A stretch of DNA of 64,000 nucleotides from Macrostomum lignano (lineage: Eukaryota), in contig NIVC01001343.1 of NCBI GenBank assembly GCA_002269645.1, positions 245,956-309,955 on the forward strand, in the 5' to 3' direction. This document shows positions 62,031 to 64,000 of the stretch, one piece after another. How positions within the stretch are numbered: the stretch's first letter is position 1; each line of letters opens with the position of its first letter. The notes under the pieces were generated by a model. It made no database searches. It was not told the origin of the DNA and saw only the letters and a list, made by a program, of their open reading frames with translations. The position numbers and the translations under genes were made by a program.

Positions 62031-63398
62031 CCACGAGTAAACCTTTTCTACAAGGGTGGCTAAATGTAATGAAACTGCATATATCTAAATACTTTTACAT
62101 CTCTTCGATGGAACAGTAATAAAAACAAAGAAATAAGACGCATATTTCTAATTCACGCATAAAATTGCAATGTATACTCGTGTATATAGTGATAATTACG
62201 CTCGTAATCAATATTGAACCGATCTTTAAGTTTTTCAAATGAAACTTTTTATTAATTATAATCATAAGCAATATACAGAAAAACACAAGCAAAGCAAACA
62301 GGAATAACTTGATGATAGTAAGCTAGCAGCGCATTTTATTTATATTAAATTTATAAATGTATATTATATCAATAATTTAAGATCCCAAGAACCTCGCAAA
62401 ATACCTTCATATCCTAAAGACTTCCCATCTGTCACAATCCCCATCCGTCACGGTCCTCATAACCACAATTCCAATGCGTCACGATCCCCATCCATAAAAA
62501 TCCCCAACGCTTCATACCCCCCCAAATGTTCTTAACGACAGTACACAAATAAAAATAATTATTGTTAATGCGATTTTAAAAGAGCTTGCATTGCAAAAAA
62601 CCTTTGGGGGAATGTAAAAAAAACTCGGGCAATTAACAAAACAATCACCTAATTGAGCTGGCAGTTTAACTGATTAGCAAATAATGCGCAGTTGATAACT
62701 AGGACAAAAACTTGAACAAATCATAGGACAGATAAGCGAGACAGACCAATATTCTATAGTTAAGTCTTCTTATTACTCATTTTGTTATAAATTTGATCGA
62801 TAATTACTCGTATATGATAATTGACACATCAATTTGAAGTTGGCATTCAAATGCAGTTTCACTGAAGCACTTTCGAATTCGAAAGCAAGCAAGCAAATTT
62901 TTGCTCGTTCAAGTTTATTGAAAGCTATTGTCTTTCCAAGAAATACTACCGGACTCCGTATTAATGCTTTCCAAACCCCTTTAATACCTTTTCAACTTTG
63001 AATCTGTCGCAGTGAGTGAAATTCGTCAAACACAGACGCTCAGAATTTGACTTATGGGATAGGTAAAACCTTTTTGTCTATGGCAGAAAGCTGAGCAAAG
63101 TGACATCATTCTGAGAAATAATTGAACTGTGTCTGTAACGGCCTGCCTCTCTGCCTCTTGTCACAATGCTACGAGTAGTAACTTACGATTTTTAAAACTA
63201 GAATTGATTTTCACTTCCATAAATAATTCTTTGTTAGTTGTGAGTTGACCTTCATTTCTTCGTCGAAAATTTTCTAAAAAAACTTCATTTAGGATTCCTG
63301 GCAAGTCCAGAAGATGAGAGGAGCGAACTGGATTAAACTATTATTGTTTTGTTCTTTCAAGTAAAAAAATCATTGTTGACATAAGGTCACTCTCGGTT

Positions 63399-63809
63399 TT
63401 AGTCTGCCTGGCTTGATGCTGTCAAGACTCGAACCCGGTGCTCGCTAATAAGATGTCGAACTGTTGGGGCAGCAGCAGCAGCAGCATCAGAAGCACTGCC
63501 AGACTGTTGAACCAAACCAACTGGACCTTTCTCACAGTCGGCGCAGATCAAATATCGCAACCCGTCAACAGTGTTAGTGAAGCCAATATTTTCAAACTGC
63601 ATCATGTCGAGTACGCACCACCATTGACCTGGACAAGATTCTAAAGGAAAATCTGACGGCTTGCTAGCCTGTTTGGCGTGCATTGCCGGCAGCTGGTGAG
63701 TCTCTTCTGATGGACAGATTGTTGCTACGCCCGCCTGCAAAATCAAACTGCCGCAGTATTGACAGGCAAGATTGTGAGGGTTTGTTGAGTCAGCTGGTGC
63801 TGATGACAT
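63399..63809 (-). CDS. RABIF: Mss4/RABIF Rab nucleotide-release factor/chaperone, 136 aa, single exon
   Basis: Zn-binding CQYC...CADC, plus [18 protein letters not shown] and [16 protein letters not shown] taken at 63809; the longer ORF start lies in an upstream repeat. Confidence 0.9.
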   Translation of the reverse strand: MSSAPADSTNPHNLACQYCGSLILQAGVATICPSEETHQLPAMHAKQASKPSDFPLESCPGQWWCVLDMMQFENIGFTNTVDGLRYLICADCEKGPVGLVQQSGSASDAAAAAAPTVRHLISEHRVRVLTASSQAD

Positions 63810-63884
63810 TGTGGCCACTGCTGCTGAAAAAGAAGTGAAATCAGCATAACTTTTATACTCTAAAATAGAAGTTGAGACTGTTGT

Positions 63885-64000
63885 GACTCTGTGTAGCCAT
63901 ACTCTAACCCCAGTGACTCTCTGAGTAGCCATACTCTAACCCCAGTGACTCTCTGAGTAGCCATACTCTAACCCCAGTGACTCTCTGAGTAGCTATACTC
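63885..64000. repeat. 32-bp minisatellite (gccatactctaaccccagtgactctctgagta)
   Basis: Upstream of RABIF; runs off the window end. Confidence 0.9.

Noticed and set aside
63810-63932. Longer RABIF N-terminus from a TTG/GTG-type start
   Set aside because: It begins in a 32-bp repeat; the ATG at 63809 gives a typical Mss4 length.

Overview
Eukaryotic (animal) genomic DNA: GC-rich coding exons separated by AT-rich introns packed with mini- and microsatellites. This architecture suggests a flatworm such as Macrostomum (inference only). I assembled spliced models by hand, with GT-AG sites and reading phases checked. They are: a KIF28-like kinesin-3 (minus, runs off the left edge), a NEK11-like kinase (plus), two tandem paralogous ankyrin-repeat + protein kinase genes (minus; copy A has an in-frame TAG), an ATP10-class P4-ATPase flippase (minus, 14 exons), a DD3-3-like type I membrane protein (plus), NUDCD2 and RABIF/MSS4 (both minus). 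The most interesting region is 15.9-31 kb. The ANK-kinase paralogs have near-identical repeat frameworks but hypervariable, apparently shuffled ankyrin hairpin loops and divergent kinase substrate-binding surfaces. An orphan third version of the kinase activation segment sits in an intron of copy B. The spacer between the copies holds frameshifted orphan exons of talin and an M1 aminopeptidase, plus a LINE-bearing insert that splits a minisatellite in register. No database searches were run; family assignments come from recalled motifs.
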